64,000 nt of DNA from an uncultured Poribacteria bacterium (GCA_951813565.1 OX638351.1:1568001-1632000); one strand, 5' to 3'. Counted from the stretch's first letter, positions 49,990 through 60,218 are shown. The notes: generated from the letters alone by a model not told the origin. A program made the numbers and translations.

Positions 49990-50078
49990 TATTATGTGAC
50001 AACTTAGAGTATAAAAGCAAATTCCAAAACTCACCACGACATCGGTCTTGTCATCAAACAATTCTGTAGAGGTGACAC

Positions 50079-50492
50079 ATGAAACACACAACAAGCATTG
50101 AATTAGCAAATCAGAGAAACTTGATTTTAGCCGAGGCAGGCATTCTCAAGCCTGAAGAGGTCCGGCGCGTAACTGTTGATAACGCAATCGTTGATACCGG
50201 TGCAACTCGATTGTCCTTACCTAAATCGCTTATTGAACAACTCGGTTTGACGCCCGTTGGTAGTCGGAAAGCCCGAATAACGAACGGCATTGTAGATAGG
50301 ATTATCTATTCGGAAGTCAGATTTACAGTTTTGGAACGAAGCGGAACAATCGAAGTAACAGATGTGCCGAACAATGTGCCAGTCCTCGTAGGACACATGA
50401 TTTTGGAGATGCTCGATCTCTGTTTAGATATCAAAAAAGGGTTAATCTATAATCCTGACCATGATGACGAATGGATTGAAGATCAACTCTAA
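50079..50492 (+). CDS. clan AA (retroviral-like) aspartic protease
   Basis: AIVDTGATRLSLP, VLVG...LE. Confidence 0.85.
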   Translation: MKHTTSIELANQRNLILAEAGILKPEEVRRVTVDNAIVDTGATRLSLPKSLIEQLGLTPVGSRKARITNGIVDRIIYSEVRFTVLERSGTIEVTDVPNNVPVLVGHMILEMLDLCLDIKKGLIYNPDHDDEWIEDQL

Positions 50493-50583
50493 TACCATTC
50501 TGAATAATAATTTCTCATTACCAAAACCGCGTTTGTAGTCGCGCAATTCATTGCGCCTCTTACATTCCTGGAACAATATAGAT

Positions 50584-50991
50584 ATGCAAAATAGAAGTTT
50601 TCACCTTGAAATACGCACACCAGAAAAATTGATTTATGAAGGCGATGTGACCAGCGTTAACGCGCCAGGAATCGAAGGCAACTTCCAGATTCTATATGGA
50701 CACATCCCCTTCCTTACAGCATTAGACGTCGGTGAAATACGGGTCCAAGAATCGGGTACACCACGTTCAATGGCGACAAGCGGCGGCGTTTTTGAAGTGC
50801 TACGCACCGGTGTCACTACATTGGTTGAAACAGCAGAATGGGCATCGGATATTGATGTGTCGCGTGCCGAAAGTGCACTTGAACGTGCCCAAGAACAACT
50901 CGCAGCAGATACCCCCGACCTGAATCGCCCACGTGCTGAAGCGGCACTCGCCCGTGCACAAAATCGCATTAAAGTCGCGAGTAATTTGTAA
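50584..50991 (+). CDS. atpC: F0F1 ATP synthase subunit epsilon
   Basis: LEIRTPE, G.FQILYGH.P, SGGVFEV, IDVSRAE.A..RA. Confidence 0.96.
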   Translation: MQNRSFHLEIRTPEKLIYEGDVTSVNAPGIEGNFQILYGHIPFLTALDVGEIRVQESGTPRSMATSGGVFEVLRTGVTTLVETAEWASDIDVSRAESALERAQEQLAADTPDLNRPRAEAALARAQNRIKVASNL

Positions 50992-50993
50992 TA

Positions 50994-51103
50994 CCATTTC
51001 TAATTGAATACCTTTCAATGTGCATGTAGCATAAACTTTTAGTTTGTGCCACCGTGTCCCCTTTTAAAAAAGTTGTTCAGGTGATATTTGTTTTCAGAAA
51101 TGG
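50994..51103. mobile_element. small MITE-like element just after the atpC stop
   Basis: ATACCATTTCT (50991-51001) / AGAAATGGTAT (51096-51106) IR with TA flanks; contains a GTAG REP. Confidence 0.55.
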
Positions 51104-51143
51104 TATAAGTATCACTTCGATGCGTCCGTTTTACGCAAAAAAC

Positions 51144-51172
51144 TTGAGACAGGTTAGAATTTTCTGTATAAT
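51144..51172 (+). promoter_or_regulatory. sigma70-type promoter of the nucleotidyltransferase module
   Basis: TTGAGA-17nt-TATAAT. Confidence 0.6.
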
Positions 51173-51194
51173 TAACCATAAGAAGATTTAATTG

Positions 51195-51634
51195 ATGGCT
51201 CTTCCCAATTTGAACCATGCTGGTGAATTACCTATAGGAATACATCAAGCGACGATCGATGAGGTAATTGCTCAATTTGGGAGTGGAACATTACAGCGAG
51301 AAATTGTGACTGCGCGTTTGCAAGAATCTATCAAATTGCTAAAGATACAGGAAATCTTCAGCAATTGATTATTTTTGGGAGTTATATTACAGCGAAGCCT
51401 GAACCTAATGATGTGGACGTTGTAATCATCTTTAATGACGATTTCGACCTAACAGTCTGCAGCGAGGAAGTGAAACGGCTTTTGAACCATCAACAGGCAG
51501 AAAATGAATTCGGAGCCAGTATTTTTTGGATCCGTCCGTCCTTACTGTTGTTTGAAACACTTGACGAGTTTATTGAAAGTTGGCAAATCAAACGGGATGG
51601 AACGCGACGCGGTATCATAGAGGTAAGAAAATGA
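51195..51634 (+). pseudogene. minimal nucleotidyltransferase (DUF6932-like), frameshifted
   Basis: MALPNLNHAGELPIGIHQAT...RLQ, then RIYQ...IFGSYITAKPEPNDVD in another frame; one base missing near 51322. Confidence 0.7.
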
Positions 51635-51879
51635 TTCACAATGACAAAGAACTCAAAGCAAGTCAGCAACGCATAGCGTATTTTCAAAACTTGCTCTTAC
51701 AACTGCGAGTTAAGGCAACACCTGAAGAATTTTCGCTCATCTCAACTGGATATCGGACAGAGATTCTGAAAATGCAAGATGAAGTACTTGAATACCTGAC
51801 TCGACATTCATGTGAACCAATACCGGTGAAAGTAACTTCTGCGGAGGCATCAGATACTTCAAGTGACAGGAAACAATAA
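51631..51879 (+). CDS. small helical partner protein of the nucleotidyltransferase (putative TA component)
   Basis: ATGA overlap; MIHNDKELKASQQRI...EILKMQDEVLEYL. Confidence 0.65.
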   Translation: MIHNDKELKASQQRIAYFQNLLLQLRVKATPEEFSLISTGYRTEILKMQDEVLEYLTRHSCEPIPVKVTSAEASDTSSDRKQ

Positions 51880-51896
51880 TTTTTCAACCAGTTCCT

Positions 51897-52068
51897 ATTG
51901 GTTGAAACAGCAGAATGGGCATCGGATATTGATGTGTCGCGTGCCGAAAGTGCACTTGAACGTGCCCAAGAACAACTCGCAGCAGATACCCCCGACCTGA
52001 ATCGCCCACGTGCTGAAGCGGCACTTGCCCGCGCACAAAATCGTATTAAGGTTGGGAGTAATATGTAA
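51897..52068 (+). repeat. direct duplication of the atpC 3' end (second copy of 50820-50991)
   Basis: 172 bp at offset 1077; first 129 bp identical, then 7 mismatches (KVASNL vs KVGSNM). Confidence 0.95.
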
Positions 52069-52148
52069 TTGAAAGGAGTCGGCAAGCCCGTTCTAAAATC
52101 CAAATTGACTGACACAACAAATTGGAAATGGTAGGTTTTTATCTTAAA

Positions 52149-53321
52149 TTACCAGTCTCCAAAAATGGAGTTAATTTCTATCAACTCTTTCCTCTTGGCA
52201 GGATCGTCAACATTGAAAGCCCAAAGAAGTTGACCCACCAAGGTATCAACAATATCTATAACCTTCTTCCTTTCAAGGAAATCTCGCTCAAAGCACTGTG
52301 TAGAAGCAAGAATTTCCGAATCAAGACTTTGATACTTATCACTAAAGTTGTCAGGATCTGCTCCATAAAACCTTAATTTTTCTTTAAAAACTCCCCGTAA
52401 TTGTACTGTAATCTCAAGATTCCCTAAAGACTCACATTTCTCATACAACAAACGGGCTTCTTTAATTGCAAAACCAATTGCCCAAATACAGTCCGGAAAG
52501 TCAACATATTTCCCTGACCGTTTTGGGTTATCCCATTCCGGGTTATTCCATGTAATCCCTGCTCTATAATAGACGATACCATATTGATTTAATTCCAAGC
52601 ATTTATAAGGCTCTCTACCTCCTATTAAAAAACATGTTCCTCCTGAAACCCTTCTTAAGGCCCGATCCGCTACTTGTGAAGCTAATTTTGCTCTTGCTAC
52701 CTCATAAAGCTCGACTGTAGAAATCACAGATTGATAAGGAAACACAGGTCTGATAATCACTGTCAAATTTGGATTGTCTGTTGCACAGAGAGTTTCTGTT
52801 CTTTCCTCAATTCGATTGAGAATTTGCTGAGCAACTACCTGCGAATCCTCTCGACGTTTGAGCATATAGGTAATGCGATCCGTATCCGCAAGTGTAAGTT
52901 CGTACGGTTGAGTGATGCTACCTACGCGGATGTAAACTCGTGTGGAGTTTTGAATCGCATGGGGAACTTGGATGCTTTCATCAACGCGAACTACGGCAAC
53001 GATATCATTAGAATTTGGCACATCAACAATTACCACTTCGGGAATAACTGCAGGGTAGATCCCCTGGAGTGCGCTCTGCAGAATTTGCTCCTCAATTCCA
53101 TTTCGCTTGTGTATACCCTGAATGGGAAACTTGACATTGTTCATTTCGTCAGTTTCAGCCCCTATGACAAAAATTCCGCCAAGCGTATTTGCAAAAGACG
53201 ACACGATTTTAGGAATGTGTGCGATCTCTTGCTTATATTCTACACGCACACCTTCGCCAAATTCTTGGCAAAAGTCTTTAACATCTTGAAACGTAATTTC
53301 GTTTTTTGATTTCGTGAACAT
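52149..53321 (-). CDS. AlbA_2/Schlafen-domain protein
   Basis: EGVRVEYK...KIVSSFANTLGG.FVIG; PH....RVYIRVGS. Confidence 0.85.
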   Translation of the reverse strand: MFTKSKNEITFQDVKDFCQEFGEGVRVEYKQEIAHIPKIVSSFANTLGGIFVIGAETDEMNNVKFPIQGIHKRNGIEEQILQSALQGIYPAVIPEVVIVDVPNSNDIVAVVRVDESIQVPHAIQNSTRVYIRVGSITQPYELTLADTDRITYMLKRREDSQVVAQQILNRIEERTETLCATDNPNLTVIIRPVFPYQSVISTVELYEVARAKLASQVADRALRRVSGGTCFLIGGREPYKCLELNQYGIVYYRAGITWNNPEWDNPKRSGKYVDFPDCIWAIGFAIKEARLLYEKCESLGNLEITVQLRGVFKEKLRFYGADPDNFSDKYQSLDSEILASTQCFERDFLERKKVIDIVDTLVGQLLWAFNVDDPAKRKELIEINSIFGDW

Positions 53322-53450
53322 AATTAAAATCCTTTATGATGAATATTCTCTACGAAGTTATCATTGAAATTTCACAAAGCAAGAGAGACATTTAGCTTTT
53401 AGCTTTCTATATCATGTTTTACTCGTACCTTACCCTCTAACACAACTGAT

Positions 53451-55196
53451 CTAATCTAAGTCACTAAGCCACTTCTTAATATCTGCTATAAGTGCTTTAT
53501 CTCCTGACGCTCCAATACGCTTTTTTCGTATAAAGAGGAGGCTTGCTTCTCTTTTCACAGATTCCAAAGCAGATAGAAAATTCTGCTTTGCCTCCCAAGT
53601 TCTTCCCAAGCGTGCATTCGCAATGCCACGATAGTAGTAAGTTTCGGCAGAATGACCTCCTTCATGGATGACATGAGTATAGTCCTTGAGAGCATCTTGA
53701 TGCTGTCCAAGTTCTCGCTTAACCTCCGCCCGATTAAAGTATGCTTCGCTTTTGTATTCTTTGGACCAAATATAGGAGATGTCGGAGCGGATAACATGCG
53801 TATAATCCTTGATAGCATCCTGATGTTGCCCGAGTTCTCGCTTGGCATTGCCCCGATCAATGTAGACTTCAATATAATTAATAGGATCAAATCTTATTAC
53901 TTTGTCATAATCAGTAATAGCGGCAGCGTATTGACCAAGTTTTGCTTTCAAATCAGCCCGCTTTTGGTAAGCAACAATACGTCGTGGTGCTATATGAATG
54001 GCTTGGGTATAATCTTTGATGGCAGCCCCGTATTGTTCCAGTTGTTTCTTCGCATTGCCCCGAAGGATGTAAAGATAGGCAGCATTTACTAAGGTGTCAG
54101 GATTGGTAGGGATGAGTTGAATGCACTGAGTATAGTCTTTGACAGCGGCAGCGTATTGTCTAAGTTCTCTCATCAGAAAATTTGCTCGACAGTAATAACC
54201 ATAATAATTATCGGGGGCAAGGAGAATGGCCGTATTATAATCAGAAATAGCGGTCTGATATTGTCCAAGTTCTCGTTTTACATCTGCTCTACTAAGATAA
54301 GCATCAGAATAATTAGGCTTGAGTCGGATCGCCTTGTCATAATCAGAAATAGCGGCAGCGCGTTGTCCCAGGCTTTTCTTCGCTCTTCCACGTCCCAAGT
54401 AAGCATCAGAATAATCAGGGTTCAAGTGGATAGCTTGAGTAAAGTCCGCGATTGCGCCTTTTCTGTCATCGTAAAACAACTTTCTATAACCTCTTCTAAA
54501 GTAAGTCTCAGCAGATATAGATTGTTTTCCTTGCGATAAAGGTTTTGCTGGCTTCTTCTGCTCCAGTAGTGCCTTGAGATATTTTGATGGAATCGCAAAA
54601 TTGAGATTCTGTGCATCCAAGGCAGGGTGTCCAGCAACGGAGACTCCAATAACTTCACCTTTACGGTTTAGCACGGGTCCACCACTACTCCCGGGAGAAA
54701 TCGGCGCAGTCATCTGCAGCCGTTCTTTCGTGAGTTTATCTCGGCGGCTACTGATAATACCATCCGAAAACGTCCCTTCCAAACCTTTCGGGTTACCAGC
54801 AACGTAAACCGTCTCACCAATCCGAACTTTATCACTATCTCCAAGAGAAAGCGGTTTGATACCAAACGCCGTTACCTTTAGCAGGGCAAGGTCATTTGTC
54901 TTGTCAGTTGCTGTAACGCCTTCAATATTGTATGTGGTGTTCTTACCAACCAACTTTGCAGTGCCTTTTGCTGCACCTTCAATCACGTGGTAGTTGGTTG
55001 CAATAATGTTGAATTTCACAAAGAATCCGCTACCGATGCCCAAGGTTTTGCCATTTTTATCCTTCATCTCTAAGTATACCGTCGCTGCTAACGCTTTTTC
55101 GGCAATATCTTCGGCAGGCAGGGTGGTTTGCGCAGGTGCGGTGTTTATTATGCAAAAGAGGAGGAGTGCTATAATGGTGGTTTGGGGAACGGCCAC
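53451..55196 (-). CDS. trypsin-like serine protease with TPR repeats (start possibly frameshifted)
   Basis: GSGF, TNYHV, DLALL, ISPGSSGGP triad motifs; many AY..RG.AK..LG...AI.DY repeats. Confidence 0.9.
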   Translation of the reverse strand: MAVPQTTIIALLLFCIINTAPAQTTLPAEDIAEKALAATVYLEMKDKNGKTLGIGSGFFVKFNIIATNYHVIEGAAKGTAKLVGKNTTYNIEGVTATDKTNDLALLKVTAFGIKPLSLGDSDKVRIGETVYVAGNPKGLEGTFSDGIISSRRDKLTKERLQMTAPISPGSSGGPVLNRKGEVIGVSVAGHPALDAQNLNFAIPSKYLKALLEQKKPAKPLSQGKQSISAETYFRRGYRKLFYDDRKGAIADFTQAIHLNPDYSDAYLGRGRAKKSLGQRAAAISDYDKAIRLKPNYSDAYLSRADVKRELGQYQTAISDYNTAILLAPDNYYGYYCRANFLMRELRQYAAAVKDYTQCIQLIPTNPDTLVNAAYLYILRGNAKKQLEQYGAAIKDYTQAIHIAPRRIVAYQKRADLKAKLGQYAAAITDYDKVIRFDPINYIEVYIDRGNAKRELGQHQDAIKDYTHVIRSDISYIWSKEYKSEAYFNRAEVKRELGQHQDALKDYTHVIHEGGHSAETYYYRGIANARLGRTWEAKQNFLSALESVKREASLLFIRKKRIGASGDKALIADIKKWLSDLD

Positions 55197-55294
55197 AATA
55201 ATTTATCTTTGTGTTTCATATATGCTTCCTTAAGATAATCTATAGGATGTCAATGTTGGAGAAAGTTGTGCATCAACCCAAAACTTCATTTGGT

Positions 55295-55660
55295 TTAAAT
55301 GTTATACTTGTCCTGATTTTGCCTTGTCACAGTTTGTTCTATACTTACGCTTACAACTTCGCCCTTCTTAAGAGTTTTCAACACAACATTCACCTGAGGA
55401 ATCAACGGGGCAAGATTTGTGTATCGGTTACTCTCGGCATGCAACAATACAATGCCTATTTGAATTTTTTCCAAGTTTTGCTGATACAAAAACCCTTTGT
55501 CCATTGTGATAAAGGCATTAAACTCAACCGAAGCTTTTTGCAAGAGTTCTCCATTTTTTATACCGTTCCACCCCCGATATCCAACTGTGACAACTTCAAT
55601 TGGGGCGGCGAAAAGTTGTCTCAGTCTGTGAGGTAGATGCTCATCAAGCAACACGCGCAT
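55295..55660 (-). CDS. PIN-like toxin (DUF5615/VapC45-like)
   Basis: MRVLLDEHLP, FITMDKGF. Confidence 0.85.
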   Translation of the reverse strand: MRVLLDEHLPHRLRQLFAAPIEVVTVGYRGWNGIKNGELLQKASVEFNAFITMDKGFLYQQNLEKIQIGIVLLHAESNRYTNLAPLIPQVNVVLKTLKKGEVVSVSIEQTVTRQNQDKYNI

Positions 55661-55859
55661 TAGCGAACTCCAGAGTCATCTGCAAATAAGCCACTGCCTG
55701 CTCACGTGAGACTGTCGGGAAATCATCAAGGAATATATCAAGTGAGTCGCCTGCAACAAGGTGTTGAATCAGGCTTTCAACCGGCACGCGAGTGCCAGCA
55801 AAAACCAAGGTGCCGTGCATCACACTTAGATCTTGGGAGACAATTTGTTCTTTCTTCAT
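55644..55859 (-). CDS. DUF433 antitoxin
   Basis: MHGTLVFAGTRVPV...GDSLD.FLDDFP.VSREQ; overlaps the toxin. Confidence 0.9.
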   Translation of the reverse strand: MKKEQIVSQDLSVMHGTLVFAGTRVPVESLIQHLVAGDSLDIFLDDFPTVSREQAVAYLQMTLEFANARVA

Positions 55860-55928
55860 CTTATGTTCTCTTCCTTATACGTTTTCGGAGGATAGTTTGT
55901 CCTGCAGATTGAACATTTTGTTAACAAT

Positions 55929-55957
55929 ATGATAACTCATTCCACGAAAAATGTCAA
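55929..55957 (-). promoter_or_regulatory. sigma70-type promoter of the TA pair
   Basis: Minus strand TTGACA-17nt-TATCAT. Confidence 0.6.
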
Positions 55958-55988
55958 GGTCAACGCGCGAATCATTTCAACTTTTACC

Positions 55989-56017
55989 TTGACTTTTAAT
56001 CAGATTTTTTATACAAT
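55989..56017 (+). promoter_or_regulatory. sigma70-type promoter of the TCA cluster (divergent)
   Basis: TTGACT-17nt-TACAAT. Confidence 0.6.
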
Positions 56018-56180
56018 ATGTTAAAGACGTAAAACAACCAGTCAGCAAACTTTCTTAAAAAATGGAATCTGAAAACCTCAACCGTTCACGCGCGACTTTT
56101 CAGGTAGGCTTGCCAGCTGTGCTTTCACGGAGTTATGTGTTTCTGGACGAATCAGATTCTTGACGGACGAAGGAGATTTC

Positions 56181-57740
56181 ATGTTGAACAAAAATTTGGA
56201 GGCAAAACGGGAAGCGGCGGTCAAAGAAATCGTGTCTGAAGTCCCCGAAGCCTCGGCGTATGCTCCCGTAACAGAGTCAATGGCTAAGGCGACAGCGTTA
56301 GGCGAGGGAGAAATTGCAGCGGTACTCAAAAGTTTCAGTTCAATGCCGCAATCCACAAATGTTTTTGCGAATCCCGTGTTACACAAGACCGCCGTGGACT
56401 GTGGCGGGACGCAGATTACCCTGAATATCCGAAGTTTTGGAATTCGCGGTATTGTCTCAGAGAGTGAGATTATTGCCAACCGACTCAGCCCCGCGCATGT
56501 TATTTTCACCGGTCTCTTTGGTAGAAGACCTGAAAAACCCTCCGATGATATAGACGAACAAGTTCTCTTTTCAGAATTAATAGATAAGAAATTTTATCAG
56601 TTTACTGAAACCCGCAGAGAGGGTCTAACAGGTAATCAACGTCTCATCAATCAGGTTGCAGATTTTGTTAAAGCTTTCCCTGAAGCAGGACCTGAAGCGG
56701 CCATCCAACATTTTTCAACACTTCGCAAGCTGAGTATCCCAGACCAAAAAGGGATAAATAGCACAAGAGATTCCGGCTCTTTGCTGTTGGAGTTTATTGA
56801 TACGCACATGGAAAACGTCGCATTAGGCACAATATCCGTCTACATGCGACATCAGTTGAGAGAAAGCAGTGCGTTGCACCCACAAGTCCTCGCGATGCGA
56901 GCGAACGACCTTATTGGAGAACACCAAAAAAACGGAAAAACAGCCTTCCAAACATGTTATAGTCTCCTTTTAGGCAGAGAAGCGAGTCTTGTTGAAGCAC
57001 ATATTTTAGAACGTATGGGAGTCATACAAACGCACCACGGCTCCGCGGGGTCAAACGTCGTTGCCCGTTATCTTGCTACCTTACACACAGGCGCTGTTTC
57101 CGACTTCTTTGTTGCTGCACAGATGGCTTTAGATGGTGACCGACATTTCGGTGCTATTCACGACATGACATCGTTTATCAATCAAATAGAATCGCTTGAT
57201 ACTGCTGAGAGAGAAGACGCAATCCGAGAACGAATGCGCACAGCACTACCAACCTTTGGACATCCTGAAATCGCTGCCGCTGGTAGAACAGATGAAATCC
57301 AACAAGATCCGAGACCCGCAATCTATTTTAATCCGTTCTTGGATGCAGTTGATAAAGGTGAAATTCAACTGAACGATAAACAGAAAAAACGATTAGCAAT
57401 TATGCAACGCATTTACCAAATAGCGTTCATTGAAGGGATTGTGCGTCCCGGTCGCGAAGACGAACCGCCGCTCCGTTTAACCCCTAACACCGATTTTGGT
57501 GGATGGGCAGTCCAAGAAGGATTGGCTATCTACGAAAGCGATAGAACATTCCTAACCTACATCTTCCGCGGATTTGGTTGGATGATGGATGCACGTGAAC
57601 AACTCCAACTCAAAATTATCCGACCAGTTATCCCGCCCGAACCTGAAATTATTCCTAAGCCTTCCGATGATATGACGATTGCTAACGAAGTTGTTGCGTT
57701 ACACAATCGGATGGCAGGATCGAATACATTTGACCAATAG
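56181..57740 (+). CDS. divergent citrate synthase-family protein
   Basis: HHGSAGS, GDRHFGA, TFGH, DPR, PNTDF correspond to the CS catalytic motifs; upstream of icd and mdh; AAGGAG RBS. Confidence 0.65.
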   Translation: MLNKNLEAKREAAVKEIVSEVPEASAYAPVTESMAKATALGEGEIAAVLKSFSSMPQSTNVFANPVLHKTAVDCGGTQITLNIRSFGIRGIVSESEIIANRLSPAHVIFTGLFGRRPEKPSDDIDEQVLFSELIDKKFYQFTETRREGLTGNQRLINQVADFVKAFPEAGPEAAIQHFSTLRKLSIPDQKGINSTRDSGSLLLEFIDTHMENVALGTISVYMRHQLRESSALHPQVLAMRANDLIGEHQKNGKTAFQTCYSLLLGREASLVEAHILERMGVIQTHHGSAGSNVVARYLATLHTGAVSDFFVAAQMALDGDRHFGAIHDMTSFINQIESLDTAEREDAIRERMRTALPTFGHPEIAAAGRTDEIQQDPRPAIYFNPFLDAVDKGEIQLNDKQKKRLAIMQRIYQIAFIEGIVRPGREDEPPLRLTPNTDFGGWAVQEGLAIYESDRTFLTYIFRGFGWMMDAREQLQLKIIRPVIPPEPEIIPKPSDDMTIANEVVALHNRMAGSNTFDQ

Positions 57741-57824
57741 GAAATCTTCGGTCATGAGTCCCCTATAAATAGAAAGTGTAAGCTGAACTTATAGAGATTC
57801 TGTGCGAATCAGAGAGGAATCCCA

Positions 57825-59072
57825 GTGATTGAATTTGACCAATTAACAGTCCCAACAGAAGGTGAAAAAATAGAGACATCTAATGGGCAGATGGCAGTTC
57901 CAAACAGACCGATTATCCCTGTCATTGAAGGTGACGGTATCGGGCGAGACATCATGAAAACAACCCGCCGTGTCGTTGATGCGGCTGTTCAAACCGCTTA
58001 CGGTGGCAAAAATCAGATTGTCTGGTTTGATGTGTACGCTGGTGAAAACGCCATGGACAAATACAATGAATGGCTGCCACAAGATACCTTCAACGCGATT
58101 GAGCATTTCCGTGTGGCACTGAAAGGCCCCTTGACAACACCTGTCGGTGGAGGTTTTCGTAGTTTAAACGTAACGTTACGTCAAGTGCTTGAACTTTATG
58201 CATGTGTCCGTCCTGTCCGTTACTTCCAAGGTGTGCCCGCACCTGTCACGCATCCTGAAAAGATGGATGTTGTCATTTTCCGTGAGAATACCGAGGATGT
58301 CTACGCTGGTATTGAATGGGAACAGGGAACACCGGAGGTGAAAAAGGTTATAGACCTGCTCCGCTCCGAAATGGGGGTGGAAATCCGAGAAGACTCTGGT
58401 GTCGGGATTAAACCGATAAGCATCTTCGGTACGAAACGTTTGGCACGAATGGCGATTCAGTACGCAATTGACCACGGTAGACGCAGTGTTACCTTTGTGC
58501 ACAAAGGGAATATCATGAAGTTTACTGAGGGGGCTTTCTGCGCGTGGGGATATGAACTCGCTAAAGAGGAATTTGCTGACTCAACCATTACCGAAGCAGA
58601 ACTCTATGACAAATATGACGGCAACGTCCCAGAAGGCAAAATTATCGTCAATGACCGGATCGCAGATAGCATGTTACAGCAAATTTTAACACGAACCGAT
58701 GAATACGATGTTATTGCCACGCCTAATTTGAATGGTGATTATCTTTCTGATGCAGCGGCTGCACAGGTTGGCGGAATTGGTATGGCACCCGGCGGCAATC
58801 TTAACGATGAGGTCGCGCTCTTTGAAGCAACACACGGCACTGCACCTAAATATACTGATCAGGATGTCGTCAATCCGGGTTCACTTATCCTGTCTGCGGT
58901 GATGATGTTAGAGCATATCGGTTGGCAAGAATCTGCCGACCTGATTATAGCCGGACTTGAAAAAACTATACTCCAAAAAAAGGTGACTTACGATCTGGAA
59001 CGTTTGATGGAAGGCGCAACAAAGGTTCGCACATCTGAATTCGGCGAAGCGATTATTGAAAACTTCTCGTAA
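57825..59072 (+). CDS. icd: isocitrate dehydrogenase (E. coli-type)
   Basis: [52 protein letters not shown]. Confidence 0.98.
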   Translation: MIEFDQLTVPTEGEKIETSNGQMAVPNRPIIPVIEGDGIGRDIMKTTRRVVDAAVQTAYGGKNQIVWFDVYAGENAMDKYNEWLPQDTFNAIEHFRVALKGPLTTPVGGGFRSLNVTLRQVLELYACVRPVRYFQGVPAPVTHPEKMDVVIFRENTEDVYAGIEWEQGTPEVKKVIDLLRSEMGVEIREDSGVGIKPISIFGTKRLARMAIQYAIDHGRRSVTFVHKGNIMKFTEGAFCAWGYELAKEEFADSTITEAELYDKYDGNVPEGKIIVNDRIADSMLQQILTRTDEYDVIATPNLNGDYLSDAAAAQVGGIGMAPGGNLNDEVALFEATHGTAPKYTDQDVVNPGSLILSAVMMLEHIGWQESADLIIAGLEKTILQKKVTYDLERLMEGATKVRTSEFGEAIIENFS

Positions 59073-59105
59073 AAACATGCTACTACACACAACAAGGAGT
59101 GCCAC

Positions 59106-59243
59106 ATGTCCTTAAAAACAAAACTTGTTCTTGGAGTCGGTCTGTTAGTTGGTGTTGGCTTCGGGATAGGGGTTGAGTTATATCGTCTTCATAAACGTAT
59201 CTTGGAAGAGTTGGTCGCAATTCGTAAGCAGGGCGAGAGGTAG
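59106..59243 (+). CDS. 45-aa single-TM small protein (absent from the ORF track)
   Basis: AAGGAG RBS; MSLKTKLVLGVGLLVGVGFGIGVELYRLHKRILEELVAIRKQGER*. Confidence 0.7.
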   Translation: MSLKTKLVLGVGLLVGVGFGIGVELYRLHKRILEELVAIRKQGER

Positions 59244-59291
59244 TATTGCACAACACAAATCATCAAATAATTTTTCGAAATGGAGGAAGAA

Positions 59292-60218
59292 GTGGCAAGA
59301 AAGAAAATTAGTGTAATTGGAGCCGGGAACGTTGGTGCGACAGCAGCATTCCTGATAGCGCAGAAACAACTCGGGGATGTCGTCATGATAGACATCGTTG
59401 ATGGCGTGCCGCAAGGTAAGGCGTTGGATATGGCGGAGATGGGACCAGTAGAGTTGTTTGACGCTGCAATTAGTGGTGACCTTGATTATTCCGCTACCGT
59501 AGATTCCGATTTAGTGATTATCACATCAGGTTCCCCACGTAAACCGGGGATGACACGCGAAGACCTATTGCAGACAAACGCCAACATCGTTGGAAGCGTC
59601 ACAGAAAATGTGGTAAAGCATTCGCCAAACACTATTATTATGATGCTCACCAACCCACTTGACATCATGACCTACCACGCGTGGAAGGTATCAGGATTTC
59701 CTTCACACCGAGTCGTAGGACAGGCAGGTGTACTGGATTCGGCACGGTTTCGTTATTTTATCTCGCTTGAACTTGGCGTATCGGTAGAGGACATCCATGC
59801 GCTCGTGCTTGGTGGGCACGGTGATACGATGGTGCCATTACCGCGTTATACAACCGTCAACGGCATTCCGATTCCGCAGTTGATTTCAACAGAGCGGATT
59901 GAGTCGATGGCACAGCGCACTCGCGATGGTGGTGCTGAAGTGGTCAATCTTCTCAAGACAAGCGGATATTATGCCGCAGGCGCATCACTGGCACAGATGG
60001 CAGAAGCGATTATTTTGGATAAGAAACGGTTACTGCCGTGTTCTGCACATCTCACCGGACAATATGGTATCAATGACCTCTATATCGGTGTTCCTATAAA
60101 ACTGGGCGCGAAAGGTATTGAAGAGATTATTGAGATTGAATTGACGGATGACGAGTTGGGTGCTTTGCAGGCATCTGCACAGACTTACCGTGAGGGAATA
60201 GCATTACTGGGTTACTAA
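59292..60218 (+). CDS. mdh: malate dehydrogenase (LDH-like)
   Basis: IGAGNVG, PRKPGMTREDL, LDSARF, GGHGD; GTG after GGAGG. Confidence 0.96.
   Translation: MARKKISVIGAGNVGATAAFLIAQKQLGDVVMIDIVDGVPQGKALDMAEMGPVELFDAAISGDLDYSATVDSDLVIITSGSPRKPGMTREDLLQTNANIVGSVTENVVKHSPNTIIMMLTNPLDIMTYHAWKVSGFPSHRVVGQAGVLDSARFRYFISLELGVSVEDIHALVLGGHGDTMVPLPRYTTVNGIPIPQLISTERIESMAQRTRDGGAEVVNLLKTSGYYAAGASLAQMAEAIILDKKRLLPCSAHLTGQYGINDLYIGVPIKLGAKGIEEIIEIELTDDELGALQASAQTYREGIALLGY

Noticed and set aside
50490..51106. Composite transposon carrying atpC (second ATACCATT left end at 50492)
   Set aside because: The match is short and gapped; a solo decayed MITE end is the simpler explanation
51684..52115. 143-aa minus-strand ORF
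   Set aside because: Antisense shadow of the duplicated atpC end; the same peptide appears at 50634-50969
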